Below are positions 20,242 through 31,023 of a stretch of 64,000 nucleotides of DNA, piece after piece. The translations under genes and the position numbers were made by a program. Within the stretch, counting starts at the first letter, position 1; each line of letters starts with the position of its first letter. The stretch comes from a virus: positions 1 to 64,000 of IMG/VR virus record IMGVR_UViG_3300025039_000014. The stretch is one strand, 5' to 3'. The notes under the pieces were generated by a model that saw nothing but the letters and a program-made list of their open reading frames with translations, ran no database searches and was not told the DNA's origin.

Positions 20242-21086
20242 CGACGACCCCTAAGCCCCACTGGCCAACCCTGCCCGCCGGCTCACTTCCCCGTCCCTTC
20301 GCGAAAGAGACTTCGATGGAGCCGTTTTTCTTTTCCCAGTCGCTGGGTGGCGCACCGACGGGCTATCGACATGATCCGCTGGATTACCTGACGCTTGTCG
20401 GCCACAAGCCCTCGGATCGCTTCTGCCACACCCTGGCTAGCGAGTTGGCCGACGATCGCTACAAGACCTACACCGTCGCCAGCTATTCGGACTTGAAGCG
20501 TGTGGGTGACATGAGCCCAGGTGAAATCGACGACTCTTCGACGATCACGACTCGAACCGTGGCCGTGGTGGATATGGCCAACGTCGTGAGCTTCACCTTC
20601 TCGGAGCATCGCGGGCAACTCCAGTTGGCCTACATCTGCGAAGACATCAATGGGGATCGGTTCATCATGTCGGAATCGGAGTTTCACCCGCAATTCACCA
20701 AGTTGTCGGCTCTGACGGGGCTGAGCATCGTTGACCTGATCTATGAGGAATTGCGCGCCAGTTTTCAGACTTGGATTCCGCCGACAGCCATGTCCAAGCC
20801 TTCGATCGAACCCTACACGATGCTGCCGCTGAACAACGCCCTCAAGAAAATTCCACCCGAAAGCCTGAAAGGCAATCCGGGTATGACCGCCTATGTGCTT
20901 CGTCATATCTGCGAGTTCAACGACTTCCCGTTCATCGCGGAAAGCGGCGCTGTCATGTTCATGTCACCGGAAACCGCCGGTAGGCGTGCAGCGGCGGCAC
21001 TGGAGATCCCCGAGCTGATCGACACCGAGGCGGCCTTCAAGGAGGCGCAGCGTCTCAACCCTCACTTTGGCATTCTGAAACTGTAA
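20238..21086 (+). CDS. hypothetical protein
   Basis: 282 aa ORF coupled to neighbours. Confidence 0.7.
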   Translation: MTTTPKPHWPTLPAGSLPRPFAKETSMEPFFFSQSLGGAPTGYRHDPLDYLTLVGHKPSDRFCHTLASELADDRYKTYTVASYSDLKRVGDMSPGEIDDSSTITTRTVAVVDMANVVSFTFSEHRGQLQLAYICEDINGDRFIMSESEFHPQFTKLSALTGLSIVDLIYEELRASFQTWIPPTAMSKPSIEPYTMLPLNNALKKIPPESLKGNPGMTAYVLRHICEFNDFPFIAESGAVMFMSPETAGRRAAAALEIPELIDTEAAFKEAQRLNPHFGILKL

Positions 21087-21673
21087 TGGAGAACACCATG
21101 GGACAAACCATCCAGGTCGTCGGGCTCGACCCGAGTCTGCGCAACTGGGGCATCTGCAAGGCAACGCTCGATCTCACCGCGCTCAAATTGACGGTGCATG
21201 AGGTCGATACCGTGCAGCCCACCAAGCTGACCGGTAAGCAGGTGCGCCAGAACTCCACGGACATCGATGCGGCGACTCAGCTATCGATTGGCGCTCAGGC
21301 CGCCATCAAGGGGGCTCAGGCGGTTTTCATCGAAGTCCCGGTCGGTAGTCAGTCAGCACGCGCAATGGCCTCCTACGGCATCTGTGTGGGCGTGCTGGGC
21401 GGTTTGCGTGCCGGTGGCGGTGCGTTTTTCGAGTTGACCCCGAAGGAAGTGAAAGTCGCCGCTACCGGCAAGGGCACCGCGACCAAGTCCGAGATGATCG
21501 CCTGGGCCACGAAGCATCACCCCGAGGCTAACTGGCCAACCTACATGCGCAAGGGTGAAATCCTGATCAGTGAAGGCACGGCGGAGCATCAGGCCGACGC
21601 ACTCGGGGCGATCTATGCCGGAATCCAACTGCCTGAATTCCAGCGACTTATCACCTTCATGAAAGCCGCATGA
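21086..21673 (+). CDS. RuvC-like Holliday junction resolvase
   Basis: GLDPS, FIE, PKEVK, ATKSEM, HQADA. Confidence 0.85.
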   Translation: MENTMGQTIQVVGLDPSLRNWGICKATLDLTALKLTVHEVDTVQPTKLTGKQVRQNSTDIDAATQLSIGAQAAIKGAQAVFIEVPVGSQSARAMASYGICVGVLGGLRAGGGAFFELTPKEVKVAATGKGTATKSEMIAWATKHHPEANWPTYMRKGEILISEGTAEHQADALGAIYAGIQLPEFQRLITFMKAA

Positions 21674-21741
21674 TGTAGTTCCCCACCCTTAGACCTACCA
21701 GATATAGGGCCGGCATCGAGACTCTTTCTCATGCCGGTTCT

Positions 21742-21762
21742 AGTAAGTAAGCACTTACTTAG
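21742..21762. promoter_or_regulatory. GTAAG-palindrome operator copy
   Basis: AGTAAGTAAGCACTTACTTAG upstream of nrdA. Confidence 0.8.
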
Positions 21763-21801
21763 CATAGACTGAACGACCCACCACTCGATACGGACACCTC
21801 C

Positions 21802-24150
21802 ATGCAAGTCGTCAAACGCGATGGCTCGTTGCAGCCATTCTCGCTCGAAAAAATCGAGCGCATCTTGTTCTTCGCCGTGGGCGAACTCAAGACCGTCAGT
21901 GTCAGCATCATCGCCAAGATTGCCGCGGCCAACGCCTTCGACGGCATTTCCACCGCCCAGCTTCACACCGTCATGACTCAGGCCGCCGCTGACCTGATCG
22001 GTGTCGAGGAAGGCTTCCATCCTGACTACGCGCTTGTCGCCGGGCGTCTCGAGATGTTTCGGGCGCAGAAGGAAGCCTACGACACCTATGGCTACCCGCA
22101 CCTCGGCGGCCACACCCAGAGCCTGATCGACGCCGGCATCTACGACAGCGAACTCCTGGCGCCCTTCTCCGAAGCCGAGATCGCCGAGCTCTCCGCCTAT
22201 ATCCGACCCGAGCGCGACATGCTGTTCCAGTATGCCGGCTCCAAGCAGATGACCTCGAAGTATCTGATCAAGAACCGCGTGACGGGTCGCATCTACGACG
22301 CCCCGCAGCATGCCGCCATGCTGATCGGTATGGCCGTGCTGCCGACGCACTACTCGGGTGAACGCCTGATCCGTGAGTGCAAGGACTTCTACGATGTCGT
22401 GACCACCTTCGAAGGCAGTCTGCCGACACCGATCTGGGGTGGTGTGCGCACACCGCTCAGGCAGTTCTCCAGCTGCGTGGTGGTGGAAGCCGGAGACTCG
22501 CTCAAGGAGATTAACGCGGCGTGTGACGTGGCGAGTCTCTATGGCGCGGCTCGTGCTGGTTTGGGCATCAATGTCGGCATGATTCGCGCCGAGGGATCGG
22601 AAGTCCGTGGTGGGCTCGCGTATCACACCGGCATCGTGCCGTTCATCAAGAAGGTCGAGGCGTCGGTCAAGGCGTGCTCCCAGGGTGGTATCCGCGGTGC
22701 CAGCGCGACGCTGTTCTATCCGCTGTGGCACCTGGAGTTCGACAACCTGGTCGTGCTCAAGAATAACAAGGGTCTGGAGCTCAACCGGGCGCGGCGCATG
22801 GATCACGCCTTCCAGATGAACACCTACCTCTGGCAGCGGCTCCAGCTGGGCCAGAACATCACCCTGTTCTCCCCGCATGACGTGCCGGGCCTCTACGATG
22901 CGTTCTTTGCCGATAACGAGAAATTCATCAGGCTCTATGAAGCCGCCGAGCGCAATCCGTCGATCCGCAAGATCACCAAGACCGCACTGGACGTGTTCAA
23001 GACGCTGATGATCGAGCGTGGCGAGACATCTCGGGACTACCTGATGAATGTCGACCACTGCAATACCCACTCGTCTTTCATCCCTGAGATCGCCCCGATC
23101 CGTCAGTCGAATCTCTGCATGGAGATCACCCTGCCGACGGTGTCGCTCCAGAACGAACAAGACCCCGAGGGTGAAGTGTCGCTCTGCACCCTGGCCGCCG
23201 TGAACATGGGCGTGGTCAAGACGCTCGCGTCTCTACGTCGTGTCGTGCGGGTGCTGTCGAACTACCTCGACGCCCTGCTCGACTATCAGGACTACCAGGT
23301 GCCGGCCGCCAAGAACGCGACCATGAAATACCGCCCGCTCGGTATCGGCTTGACCAATTTCGCCTACTGGCTGGCCGACCAGGGTCTGAAATACTCCGAC
23401 GGCTCGGGCAACAACGCCACCCACCGCTACGCCGAGGCGTTCCAGTATTACCTGATCGAAGCGGCTGTCGACCGCGCCATCGAGTTTGGGCCGGCGCCTG
23501 GCTTCCACTCGACCAAGTATTCGCGTGGACTGCTGCCGATCGATCACTACAAGAAAGCGGTCGACGAGCTTCACACCGAGTCGCTGTTTCTCGATTGGGA
23601 ATCCCTGCGCGCCCGCGTCATTCATCACGGCATGCGCAACTGCACCCTGTCCGCCCAGATGCCGTGCGAGTCATCCAGTCAGGTCTCGAACTCCACCAAT
23701 GGCGTCGAGCCGCCTCGCGAGCTGGTCTCCGTGAAGGGCAATCAAACCATGACCATCACCCAGGTCGTGCCGGAGTATCACCGCTTGAAGGACGTCTACG
23801 AGACGTTGTGGGAGTGGCCGAACAACGAAGGCTATCTCCAACTGATGGCGATCATTCAGAAGTTCTTCGACCAGTCGATCTCGACGAACACCAACTACAA
23901 CCCGGATGCCTACGAGGATGGAATGGTGCCGCTCCAGACGATGCTGCGCGAGCAACTGCTGGCTGTGCGCTGGGGCATCAAGACCATGTATTACTCCAAC
24001 CTCCGCGACGGACAGGGTGACGAAGAAACGGTTGGGAAAGGGAAGGAAATCGCTTCTGTAGAGGACGCCAAGGCAGTTTCCCCAGCGATGGTGGCAGAGC
24101 CCGTCTTGGACATGGCCAGCGGCTGCGACAGCGGCGCCTGCTCACTTTAA
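21802..24150 (+). CDS. nrdA: class Ia ribonucleotide reductase alpha subunit
   Basis: ATP cone VVKRDG, FSSC, SNLCME, C-terminal CDSGAC. Confidence 0.95.
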   Translation: MQVVKRDGSLQPFSLEKIERILFFAVGELKTVSVSIIAKIAAANAFDGISTAQLHTVMTQAAADLIGVEEGFHPDYALVAGRLEMFRAQKEAYDTYGYPHLGGHTQSLIDAGIYDSELLAPFSEAEIAELSAYIRPERDMLFQYAGSKQMTSKYLIKNRVTGRIYDAPQHAAMLIGMAVLPTHYSGERLIRECKDFYDVVTTFEGSLPTPIWGGVRTPLRQFSSCVVVEAGDSLKEINAACDVASLYGAARAGLGINVGMIRAEGSEVRGGLAYHTGIVPFIKKVEASVKACSQGGIRGASATLFYPLWHLEFDNLVVLKNNKGLELNRARRMDHAFQMNTYLWQRLQLGQNITLFSPHDVPGLYDAFFADNEKFIRLYEAAERNPSIRKITKTALDVFKTLMIERGETSRDYLMNVDHCNTHSSFIPEIAPIRQSNLCMEITLPTVSLQNEQDPEGEVSLCTLAAVNMGVVKTLASLRRVVRVLSNYLDALLDYQDYQVPAAKNATMKYRPLGIGLTNFAYWLADQGLKYSDGSGNNATHRYAEAFQYYLIEAAVDRAIEFGPAPGFHSTKYSRGLLPIDHYKKAVDELHTESLFLDWESLRARVIHHGMRNCTLSAQMPCESSSQVSNSTNGVEPPRELVSVKGNQTMTITQVVPEYHRLKDVYETLWEWPNNEGYLQLMAIIQKFFDQSISTNTNYNPDAYEDGMVPLQTMLREQLLAVRWGIKTMYYSNLRDGQGDEETVGKGKEIASVEDAKAVSPAMVAEPVLDMASGCDSGACSL

Positions 24151-24170
24151 TCGACCCCGGAGAATCGACC

Positions 24171-25331
24171 ATGGCATACACCACCTTCAATCAGAAGCAG
24201 ACCGACACCCTGAGCCAACCGGCGTTCCTCGGTGAAGGGCTCAATGTCGCTCGCTTCGACCAGATGAAGCATCGCTTCATCGACCGCGCCACCATCGAAC
24301 AGATCAGCCAGTTCTGGGTGCCGGAAGAGATCGACCTGTCGCAAGACCGGATCGACTTTCGCACCAAGCTGAACGACGGCCAGCGCTACATCTTCATGGC
24401 CAACCTGCGCTACCAGACCTTGCTCGACTCGATTCAGGAGCGAGCGCCGATGCTGGCGTTCGGCCCGCTGGTCTCGATCCCCGAGCTTGAGTCGTTCATC
24501 GACGCCTGGGCCTTCTTCGAGCTTATCCACTCTCGCAGCTACACCCACATTCTGCGCAACCTGGTGCCGAACCCGGACGAGATTTTCAACAACATCGTCA
24601 GCGACCCGGCAATCATCAGCCGTGCCGAGTCCCTGACCTCTGCCTACGACGATCTGATCGAGCTGGGCATGATCTACTCGGTCTATGGCTACGGCTTCCA
24701 CATGGTGCCCTCCAAGGGCGAACACATGATGATCACGCCGAAGGTGATGCGTCGGGCGATCATTCGGGCACTGGCCACCGTCAACGCGCTGGAAGGCGTG
24801 CGCTTCTACGTCTCGTTCGCCACGTCGTTTGCCTTCGCCGAGAAGCTGGATGCGATGCAGGGCTCGGTCAAGGTGCTGCGCTTCATTGCTCGCGACGAAG
24901 CGATCCATCGCCAGACCGTCGGCAATATCCTCAAGGCGTTCGCCAGCGGCAAGGAGGGACCGGAGTGGAAAACCGACTTCGAGGACATGATCCCCGAGAT
25001 GACCGCGATCTATCGGGAGACCTTCGAGCAGGAGATCGTGTGGGCTGAACACCTGTTCTCGGAAGGCCGCACCATGCCCGGTCTCAACACCGAGCTGCTG
25101 ACCGGCTTCATGCAGCTGGTGACGAATCAGACGATGGCCGGTGGTGGTCTCGAGCCGATGTTCGACAAGCTCGGCGCCCACACCATCCCCTGGGTCAAAA
25201 AGTTCCTCTACTCCGGCAACGTGCAGGTGGCACCACAGGAAGCCGAGATCAGTTCCTACCTCGTCGGCCGCATCAACACGGTTGTCGATCTGCCTGCTCT
25301 GGCCGCGATCAAACTCGTGGACGCTGCATAG
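24171..25331 (+). CDS. nrdB: class Ia ribonucleotide reductase beta subunit
   Basis: FWVPEE, ELIHSRSY, LEGVRFY, RDEAIH, APQEAEISSY. Confidence 0.95.
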   Translation: MAYTTFNQKQTDTLSQPAFLGEGLNVARFDQMKHRFIDRATIEQISQFWVPEEIDLSQDRIDFRTKLNDGQRYIFMANLRYQTLLDSIQERAPMLAFGPLVSIPELESFIDAWAFFELIHSRSYTHILRNLVPNPDEIFNNIVSDPAIISRAESLTSAYDDLIELGMIYSVYGYGFHMVPSKGEHMMITPKVMRRAIIRALATVNALEGVRFYVSFATSFAFAEKLDAMQGSVKVLRFIARDEAIHRQTVGNILKAFASGKEGPEWKTDFEDMIPEMTAIYRETFEQEIVWAEHLFSEGRTMPGLNTELLTGFMQLVTNQTMAGGGLEPMFDKLGAHTIPWVKKFLYSGNVQVAPQEAEISSYLVGRINTVVDLPALAAIKLVDAA

Positions 25332-25352
25332 TAAGTAATCTTATACTTACTA
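25329..25352. promoter_or_regulatory. operator variant overlapping the nrdB stop codon
   Basis: TAGTAAGTA-N6-TACTTACTA. Confidence 0.65.
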
Positions 25353-25477
25353 GATCATAACAATGTATGACGGGATTACGCGTCCCGTCATTTTGTCTGC
25401 GATTCCCTGTAACGCATGCGTGACAATTCATCCTGTCAGCGCTTACTGAGTGACTTCACTACAGATAAGGGTTCTCA

Positions 25478-26341
25478 ATGAAGACCATCTCTCACCAGCA
25501 AGTCCTCAATGCATTCGCCAAGACCCCGATGATGGTCCGTGAATTTCATGAAGTGTTCGAACACCCTGCCCGTCTTCATGATGATATGACGTGCAGCCTG
25601 GACGAGCGCCGCGCGATGGAGCGCGTCGGTTATGTGACAGAGGAATGTCTGGAAGGTCTGTTGGCTGCTCTCGCCGGCAATCGCGAGGAAGCGCTGGATG
25701 CGGTCGGCGATATTGCCTACTTCCTCGCCGGCAACCTGGTGGAATGCGGGGCTGCCTACCCCGGTGAGCTCGCAGGCATGATGACTGATTTGATGGATAG
25801 CAACGAGAACGACCTGTGCATCAAGCGGGTGCAGAAGCACCTCGAAAAAGCCGCCTGGGACCGCTATCTGGCGCAGTTCTTCATCGGCATGAATGCCAGT
25901 ATCAGCAACCTCTTCATCGAAGCCGTGGACCCGGAAGCGCCGATCGAGACCTCTGTCGTCGAGACTCTGCAACCGTCCGCCGCAATGCTGATGAGTGCGC
26001 TGTTCGTGATGGGTGCCGTGTTCGAAGTCGACCCCCTCGAAGTGATGTCCGAAATTCATAGCGCAAACATGAGCAAGCTGCTGCCGGCCTACCTGCCGGA
26101 CGAGACAGCCTGTCTGCAATACATGATCCACAATGGCACCCCGACGCCCTACACGGAGTTGGATTTCTACCGCATCGATGATGGTCGCTGGATCGCCAAG
26201 AACGTGAACACCCGGAAGGTCGTGAAGAACCCGTGCTTCGATAAGCCGGACATCAAGCAGTTCGTGACCTACCCGGAGAAGTCTGCTGCTGAGTTGTTGC
26301 AAGCTCACAGCGAAATGGCTTTTTCGATGCTTAAAGGGTAA
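25478..26341 (+). CDS. MazG-like/PRA-PH family NTP pyrophosphohydrolase
   Basis: VREFH, EECLE, DAVGD, EIHSANMSK, KVVK. Confidence 0.75.
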   Translation: MKTISHQQVLNAFAKTPMMVREFHEVFEHPARLHDDMTCSLDERRAMERVGYVTEECLEGLLAALAGNREEALDAVGDIAYFLAGNLVECGAAYPGELAGMMTDLMDSNENDLCIKRVQKHLEKAAWDRYLAQFFIGMNASISNLFIEAVDPEAPIETSVVETLQPSAAMLMSALFVMGAVFEVDPLEVMSEIHSANMSKLLPAYLPDETACLQYMIHNGTPTPYTELDFYRIDDGRWIAKNVNTRKVVKNPCFDKPDIKQFVTYPEKSAAELLQAHSEMAFSMLKG

Positions 26342-26357
26342 GTCATAACTTACTTAT
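26337..26357. promoter_or_regulatory. GTAAG-palindrome operator copy
   Basis: GGTAAGTCATAACTTACTTAT upstream of thyA. Confidence 0.75.
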
Positions 26358-26483
26358 AGCTAACGTTATAAAGGGCGATAACATGGTGATGAAATGCGTA
26401 GAGGGCATCGCTGTTATCGCCCTTCTGCTTCTGGCTTCCGCGGATTGGGAGCCTCTTATCCAACTACTGACCGCGAGTCTCTG

Positions 26484-27548
26484 ATGAGCAACGTCGATGA
26501 CGTCTACCTGGCGGTTGCCCGCCGCATCCTGAACAACGGGCACGAGAAGAGCGATCGCACCGGCACCGGCACGACCAGTGCCTTTGGCGAGTCAATGGTA
26601 TTCAGTCTGATCGCCGGTGAAATGCCGCTGCTGACCACCAAGAAGCTGGTCTTGCGCTCGATCATTCATGAGCTGATCTGGTTTCTGCGTGGCGAGGGTA
26701 ATATCCAATACCTGCGCGATAAAAATGTGGGTATCTGGGACGCGTGGGCTGATGAAAATGGCGATCTAGGGCCGGTCTACGGCGTCCAGTGGCGTCACTG
26801 GCAGGACACTCGCGTCATCGACGATACCCAAGTCGAGGCGTTCAAGGATCGCGGCTTCACGATCGAGGGTGAGATCGCCCAGGCCAAGACCATGACGGGG
26901 CGCTACGTCGCCACCCGAGAGATCGACCAGATTCAGGACGTGCTGAATCAGCTGCGCACCAACCCGGACTCCCGGCGCATCATCCTGACCGCCTGGAATC
27001 CGGCGGTCATCGAAGAGCAGGCGTTGCCGCCCTGCCACTCCTTCATTCAGTTCTACACCCACGAGCTCGACTGCACCCAGCGACAGGTGATCGCTCTGGA
27101 ACGCATCAAGCACGCCATGAACGCCGGCTACGAGCTCAACACCATGCAGCACGCGCTGCTGACGGCGCTCCAGCAAGACAACCTCGACGAGAAGTTGCTG
27201 GACGACCTGGTGCCGAAGCGGGCGCTGTCGTGCCACTTGTATCAGCGCAGCGGTGACTTCTTCCTGGGTGTGCCCTTCAACATCGCCAGCTACGCCCTGC
27301 TGACGCACATGATTGCGGCTTGCGTCGGCATGGAGGCGTTCGAGCTGGTTCATACGATCGGCGACGGCCATCTCTACTCAAATCACCGAGACCAGATCGA
27401 GGAGCAGTTGAAGCGCTGCGCCATCCCCGGCACGACGACGGTTCGTTTCCTGCGCACAGCTTCCGATCCCGGCGAGTTCGCCTTCGAGGACATCGAGATC
27501 ATCGGCTACAACAGCCACCCGCCGATCAAGGCGCCTATCTCTGTTTGA
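26484..27548 (+). CDS. thyA: thymidylate synthase
   Basis: DRTGTGT, LGPVYG, LPPCH, QRSGD..LGVPFN, HLYSNH. Confidence 0.95.
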   Translation: MSNVDDVYLAVARRILNNGHEKSDRTGTGTTSAFGESMVFSLIAGEMPLLTTKKLVLRSIIHELIWFLRGEGNIQYLRDKNVGIWDAWADENGDLGPVYGVQWRHWQDTRVIDDTQVEAFKDRGFTIEGEIAQAKTMTGRYVATREIDQIQDVLNQLRTNPDSRRIILTAWNPAVIEEQALPPCHSFIQFYTHELDCTQRQVIALERIKHAMNAGYELNTMQHALLTALQQDNLDEKLLDDLVPKRALSCHLYQRSGDFFLGVPFNIASYALLTHMIAACVGMEAFELVHTIGDGHLYSNHRDQIEEQLKRCAIPGTTTVRFLRTASDPGEFAFEDIEIIGYNSHPPIKAPISV

Positions 27549-27611
27549 TGGGGCGCTGTAGCCCCGTCGTCACGCGCTCGACAATGAATAAGCACACAAC
27601 AGGAGTGACCC

Positions 27612-28019
27612 ATGAACAACCCCAACTTCGGTGCGCTCGCTGGATTCGAAACGCCCAAGATCGAGCCGGTCGCAGCGTCTGGAACGCGCAAGACAGCCGA
27701 TGGCCGAATTCTCGGCCTGCTTCAAGAGTCGAATCTGGAACGAGCCATGAGCCTCAAGCCAACCGAGCAGGGCTGGAAAGAGGCTCTGGATTTGAAGTGC
27801 TGGCTCGGTTCGAAAAGCGCTCAGCACATCCAACAGATGGCGCCGCACCACATCATGAATTCGATTCGCATGTTGCGTGAGGAACGCCACTCGACCTTGA
27901 AGGGCAATCAGGCCATTCGCGCCATCGAGATTCTGATCATCGAACTGGAAGAGCGATTGATCCGCGGCCATCTCGATGCAGAGAAAGAGCATGCCGACGT
28001 GGAGAAATTCCTGAAATGA
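27612..28019 (+). CDS. hypothetical protein
   Basis: AGGAG RBS. Confidence 0.65.
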   Translation: MNNPNFGALAGFETPKIEPVAASGTRKTADGRILGLLQESNLERAMSLKPTEQGWKEALDLKCWLGSKSAQHIQQMAPHHIMNSIRMLREERHSTLKGNQAIRAIEILIIELEERLIRGHLDAEKEHADVEKFLK

Positions 28020-28642
28020 GCGACTACACCTGCGCAGTCAGGAAGGTGACTCAACTCGCGATCAACCGCAACGGCGGCGCGACCCACGTTACCTTCCGCC
28101 CCTTCAAGGGTAGCGACGAGAGCCGCGTCAACGGCGGGACGCTGACGATCGATGGTGACTTCGGCCCCTTCTCGCACACCTGGACACACATCGGTGGTGA
28201 AGACTTCGTCGACTTTCTGGAAAGCCTCAGCTTCGATTACGCCATGAACAAGCTGTCACCGCAGCCCATCATGCAGTTCGACGGCGACAAGACTCGCGAT
28301 CTGATCAAGCAGGCGATCATCGAGCGTCGCAAGGAGGGTGAGATCACCGCACCCCAGGCGCGCCACTTCTGGGACGAGATCGACCAACTCGACCTCCACT
28401 CGGAACACGATGCCTATCGCGATCTCTGCGACATCGAATGGAGTGGCATCGAACCCGACGGCGATCGTCTCTACCAGCATCTCACGCTGCTGGATGGCGT
28501 TTTCGGTGATGACCCCACAGCCATCCCGTTCGGCACGTCGATCCGCGGCAACCTCGAGTATTTCTGGCGCGAAGTTTGGCCAATCATCCTGGTCGAGATG
28601 CGCAAGGCTGTAGACGCCGAAAAGCTGGAGGTAGCGGCATGA
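28016..28642 (+). CDS. hypothetical phage protein
   Basis: LTIDGDFG..W..F...LSFDY..NKL pattern; ATGA coupling. Confidence 0.7.
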   Translation: MSDYTCAVRKVTQLAINRNGGATHVTFRPFKGSDESRVNGGTLTIDGDFGPFSHTWTHIGGEDFVDFLESLSFDYAMNKLSPQPIMQFDGDKTRDLIKQAIIERRKEGEITAPQARHFWDEIDQLDLHSEHDAYRDLCDIEWSGIEPDGDRLYQHLTLLDGVFGDDPTAIPFGTSIRGNLEYFWREVWPIILVEMRKAVDAEKLEVAA

Positions 28643-28812
28643 GCCGGAAACCCTACGCCAGCGACTGGAAGGAGATCGAACCCGGTCTCGAGTATAGCGC
28701 CGAGCTCGATCGCTACTGGCACAACGGTCGTGTCTATGACGAGCGCTCCGCCCGTCACAACGGTCTGGTCGGCATGGGCGCGCAGCTGCGCCGGCTGCTC
28801 AAGGAGGAATAG
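28639..28812 (+). CDS. hypothetical protein
   Basis: GGAGG RBS; ATGA coupling. Confidence 0.6.
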   Translation: MSRKPYASDWKEIEPGLEYSAELDRYWHNGRVYDERSARHNGLVGMGAQLRRLLKEE

Positions 28813-28815
28813 GTC

Positions 28816-29463
28816 ATGCGTAAACCTACCCATGCCCTGGTTCACTGGTCGGAGAGCACACGCTTTCCGGGCGAGAATGCCCTCATGACGTTCGCCACAT
28901 TCGAGGAAACCGCCGCACGCGCCGCCTGGGCTAATCCGCCCAGGGGCTGCTACGACAAGACCCAAGTCACGATCCTTTTCAGCGACGGATCGAGCTACGG
29001 CTGCCGGATTGACCTGAAACAAGGCGACGAACGCGGCTTCCGTGACCACGTTGAGCAGTTCATTCGCGGCCACGAAGGCGGGTGTCACGACAACTGGCCT
29101 AACCGGGAGGCGTTCAACGAGCTCTGCACCTTCCTCAAGGATATCGACTTCGAAACGCCGCCGACCGACGAGGAACTGGCCAACCAGCCGCACCCGACCA
29201 AGCTCCAATTCGTCTTGGCACAGGCTCAGATCATGCCCATCGACTACAACCGCATCATCATGATCCGAGACTTCCGTCATGCTGATGGGCGTCCGTGGGT
29301 CGACAAAGGAGCCATCGGCACCATCAGGGCCAGGAATGGCAGTTACGTCGGCGTTCTCTTCGATGAGGGGCAGGACGTTCACATCGAGCGCGACGGCAGC
29401 GGCCGTCTGATTCAGGAGGTTCCGTTCGTCGATACCGCCGTCTATCGAGGGGATCAGTCATGA
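28816..29463 (+). CDS. protein with LPD25-like (large polyvalent protein) domain
   Basis: VHWSE...CYDKT..I..Y.CRIDL, recognised from memory of the family pattern. Confidence 0.55.
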   Translation: MRKPTHALVHWSESTRFPGENALMTFATFEETAARAAWANPPRGCYDKTQVTILFSDGSSYGCRIDLKQGDERGFRDHVEQFIRGHEGGCHDNWPNREAFNELCTFLKDIDFETPPTDEELANQPHPTKLQFVLAQAQIMPIDYNRIIMIRDFRHADGRPWVDKGAIGTIRARNGSYVGVLFDEGQDVHIERDGSGRLIQEVPFVDTAVYRGDQS

Positions 29464-29651
29464 GCGGTCAGCTCTACCAGCTCCAGGTCAGCGGTAATCC
29501 CAAAGCGGGCGATGTCGTTCGAATCAGCGGCCCCTGGGATACGTGGGGCGTGATCCAGGCGCTGCGAGATAACGGCTACCACCTCATTCGTGGCGCCGGT
29601 CACCGCAAACCGCAGGAGAAGCTGTCATGTCTGACCAGCCGAAGTTCGTGA
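29460..29651 (+). CDS. hypothetical protein
   Basis: ATGA-coupled small ORF. Confidence 0.5.
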   Translation: MSGQLYQLQVSGNPKAGDVVRISGPWDTWGVIQALRDNGYHLIRGAGHRKPQEKLSCLTSRSS

Positions 29652-30091
29652 CCATGATATGTGATGCGAGTCACTGTCCTCACACTCGTGCCACCGGCTG
29701 GGCGGTCTGGATCAAGCACGGATCGCCCGCGCAAACCGAGCGCCTGTCCGGGTCGGCGAAATCCAAGAACAGCACCAAGGCCGAACATCTCGCGCTGGAG
29801 AAAGGCACTCGTTACCTGATCGAGAACGTCGACCTGCAAGACGCCATCGTGATCGTTCAATCGGACTGCAAGGGGGCGCTGGAGAAGGTCGATGTCGGGC
29901 TTCTCAAGGAGCGCGGCGCCCAGCACGTCAAGCTCAAGTGGGTCCGTGGCCACCAGGGCGTCAAAGACCCTCGATCTGCCGTGAACACCTGGTGCGACAT
30001 CGAAGCCAAGCGTCAGATGCGGCCGCTGCGAGACGCGATTCTCGCCGCACAAACCTCCCCATCAATCTACTCACCCAAGGAATCCGCATGA
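29627..30091 (+). CDS. ribonuclease HI
   Basis: CDAS, AE, SDC, KWVRGH, N..CD. Confidence 0.85.
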   Translation: MSDQPKFVTMICDASHCPHTRATGWAVWIKHGSPAQTERLSGSAKSKNSTKAEHLALEKGTRYLIENVDLQDAIVIVQSDCKGALEKVDVGLLKERGAQHVKLKWVRGHQGVKDPRSAVNTWCDIEAKRQMRPLRDAILAAQTSPSIYSPKESA

Positions 30092-30495
30092 GCCTTCTAT
30101 TCGAATCACCCGAAGCCAAAGCCATGACTGAGCCTCACGTCTACTATCGCTGCGAACCCACCGATGACGTCGGTCTGGATAGCAACGGCAACATCATCAC
30201 GGGCTTCACGCTCAAACCCTACGCCATCTCCGGTCATGACTTCGTCGAGGGTGAAGTCGAGGCCGCCGGCCAAGACGTCAAGCTGTCGATCCTGGGGGAT
30301 CTCGTGACCGGCGCCATCTACCGAGCCGGGATTACCGATATCGTATATGACTGCGAAACTGGCCAGGCGGATGACTGGAGCGTCACGCTGGCTCGCGTCG
30401 ACAATGACGATGAGCTGGCCGAAGTCGAGCGGATTCGCCAAGCCGCTGAATCAGCTGAACAATCCGATGTGGGTGCTGACAGCACCTCAAATTGA
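30088..30495 (+). CDS. acidic hypothetical protein
   Basis: AAGGA RBS; ATGA coupling. Confidence 0.65.
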   Translation: MSLLFESPEAKAMTEPHVYYRCEPTDDVGLDSNGNIITGFTLKPYAISGHDFVEGEVEAAGQDVKLSILGDLVTGAIYRAGITDIVYDCETGQADDWSVTLARVDNDDELAEVERIRQAAESAEQSDVGADSTSN

Positions 30496-30534
30496 TCTGC
30501 CAGCCCTATTGCACCGGGAGCGGAATCGTTAATA

Positions 30535-30550
30535 CTGTATGGATGAACAG
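30535..30550. promoter_or_regulatory. LexA (SOS) box
   Basis: CTGT-ATGGATGA-ACAG immediately upstream of umuD. Confidence 0.88.
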
Positions 30551-30567
30551 CATCCCATGCAGGACCA

Positions 30568-31023
30568 ATGATGACGCTCCCGACCTTCGAATACCCCGCC
30601 AAATCGCCCACTGAGACACTACTATCCCACCCGCCACAGCTAGCGCGGTGTGGCGTCTCAGGCTTCCCTTCGCCCGCCGAGGATTACCAGGGCGACAGGC
30701 TCGATCTTACCCGCTATTTCATCAAGCACCCTGCCGCCTCGTTCTTCATGACGGTCGTTGGTGATTCGATGCGCGAGTTCGGCATCATGGATGGCTCGAA
30801 AGTGCTGGTTGATCGAGCGGTGAAGGCCCGTGCCGGTCTGATCGCGGTGATCCTGATCGACGGGGAGATCGTGGTTAAATCGCTGGAGAAGCGGGCCGGG
30901 GTGCTGTGCCTGTGCAGCGGTGGCGATCGCTACCCGCCCATCCCCGCATCGACGATCGATGAGGGTGAGTCCTATGGCGTGGTGACTTCCGTTCACACCC
31001 AGCTCTACGCCCACCCGTCATGA
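30568..31023 (+). CDS. umuD: DNA polymerase V subunit UmuD
   Basis: [16 protein letters not shown]. Confidence 0.92.
   Translation: MMTLPTFEYPAKSPTETLLSHPPQLARCGVSGFPSPAEDYQGDRLDLTRYFIKHPAASFFMTVVGDSMREFGIMDGSKVLVDRAVKARAGLIAVILIDGEIVVKSLEKRAGVLCLCSGGDRYPPIPASTIDEGESYGVVTSVHTQLYAHPS

Noticed and set aside
21668-21710. Tandem NrdR boxes before nrdA
   Set aside because: ACCAGATATAGG is a partial match, but the second site is poor and spacing is about 29 bp; not supportable.
21613-23160. Long antisense ORFs here and opposite other core genes
   Set aside because: Shadow frames of high-GC3 coding sequence.
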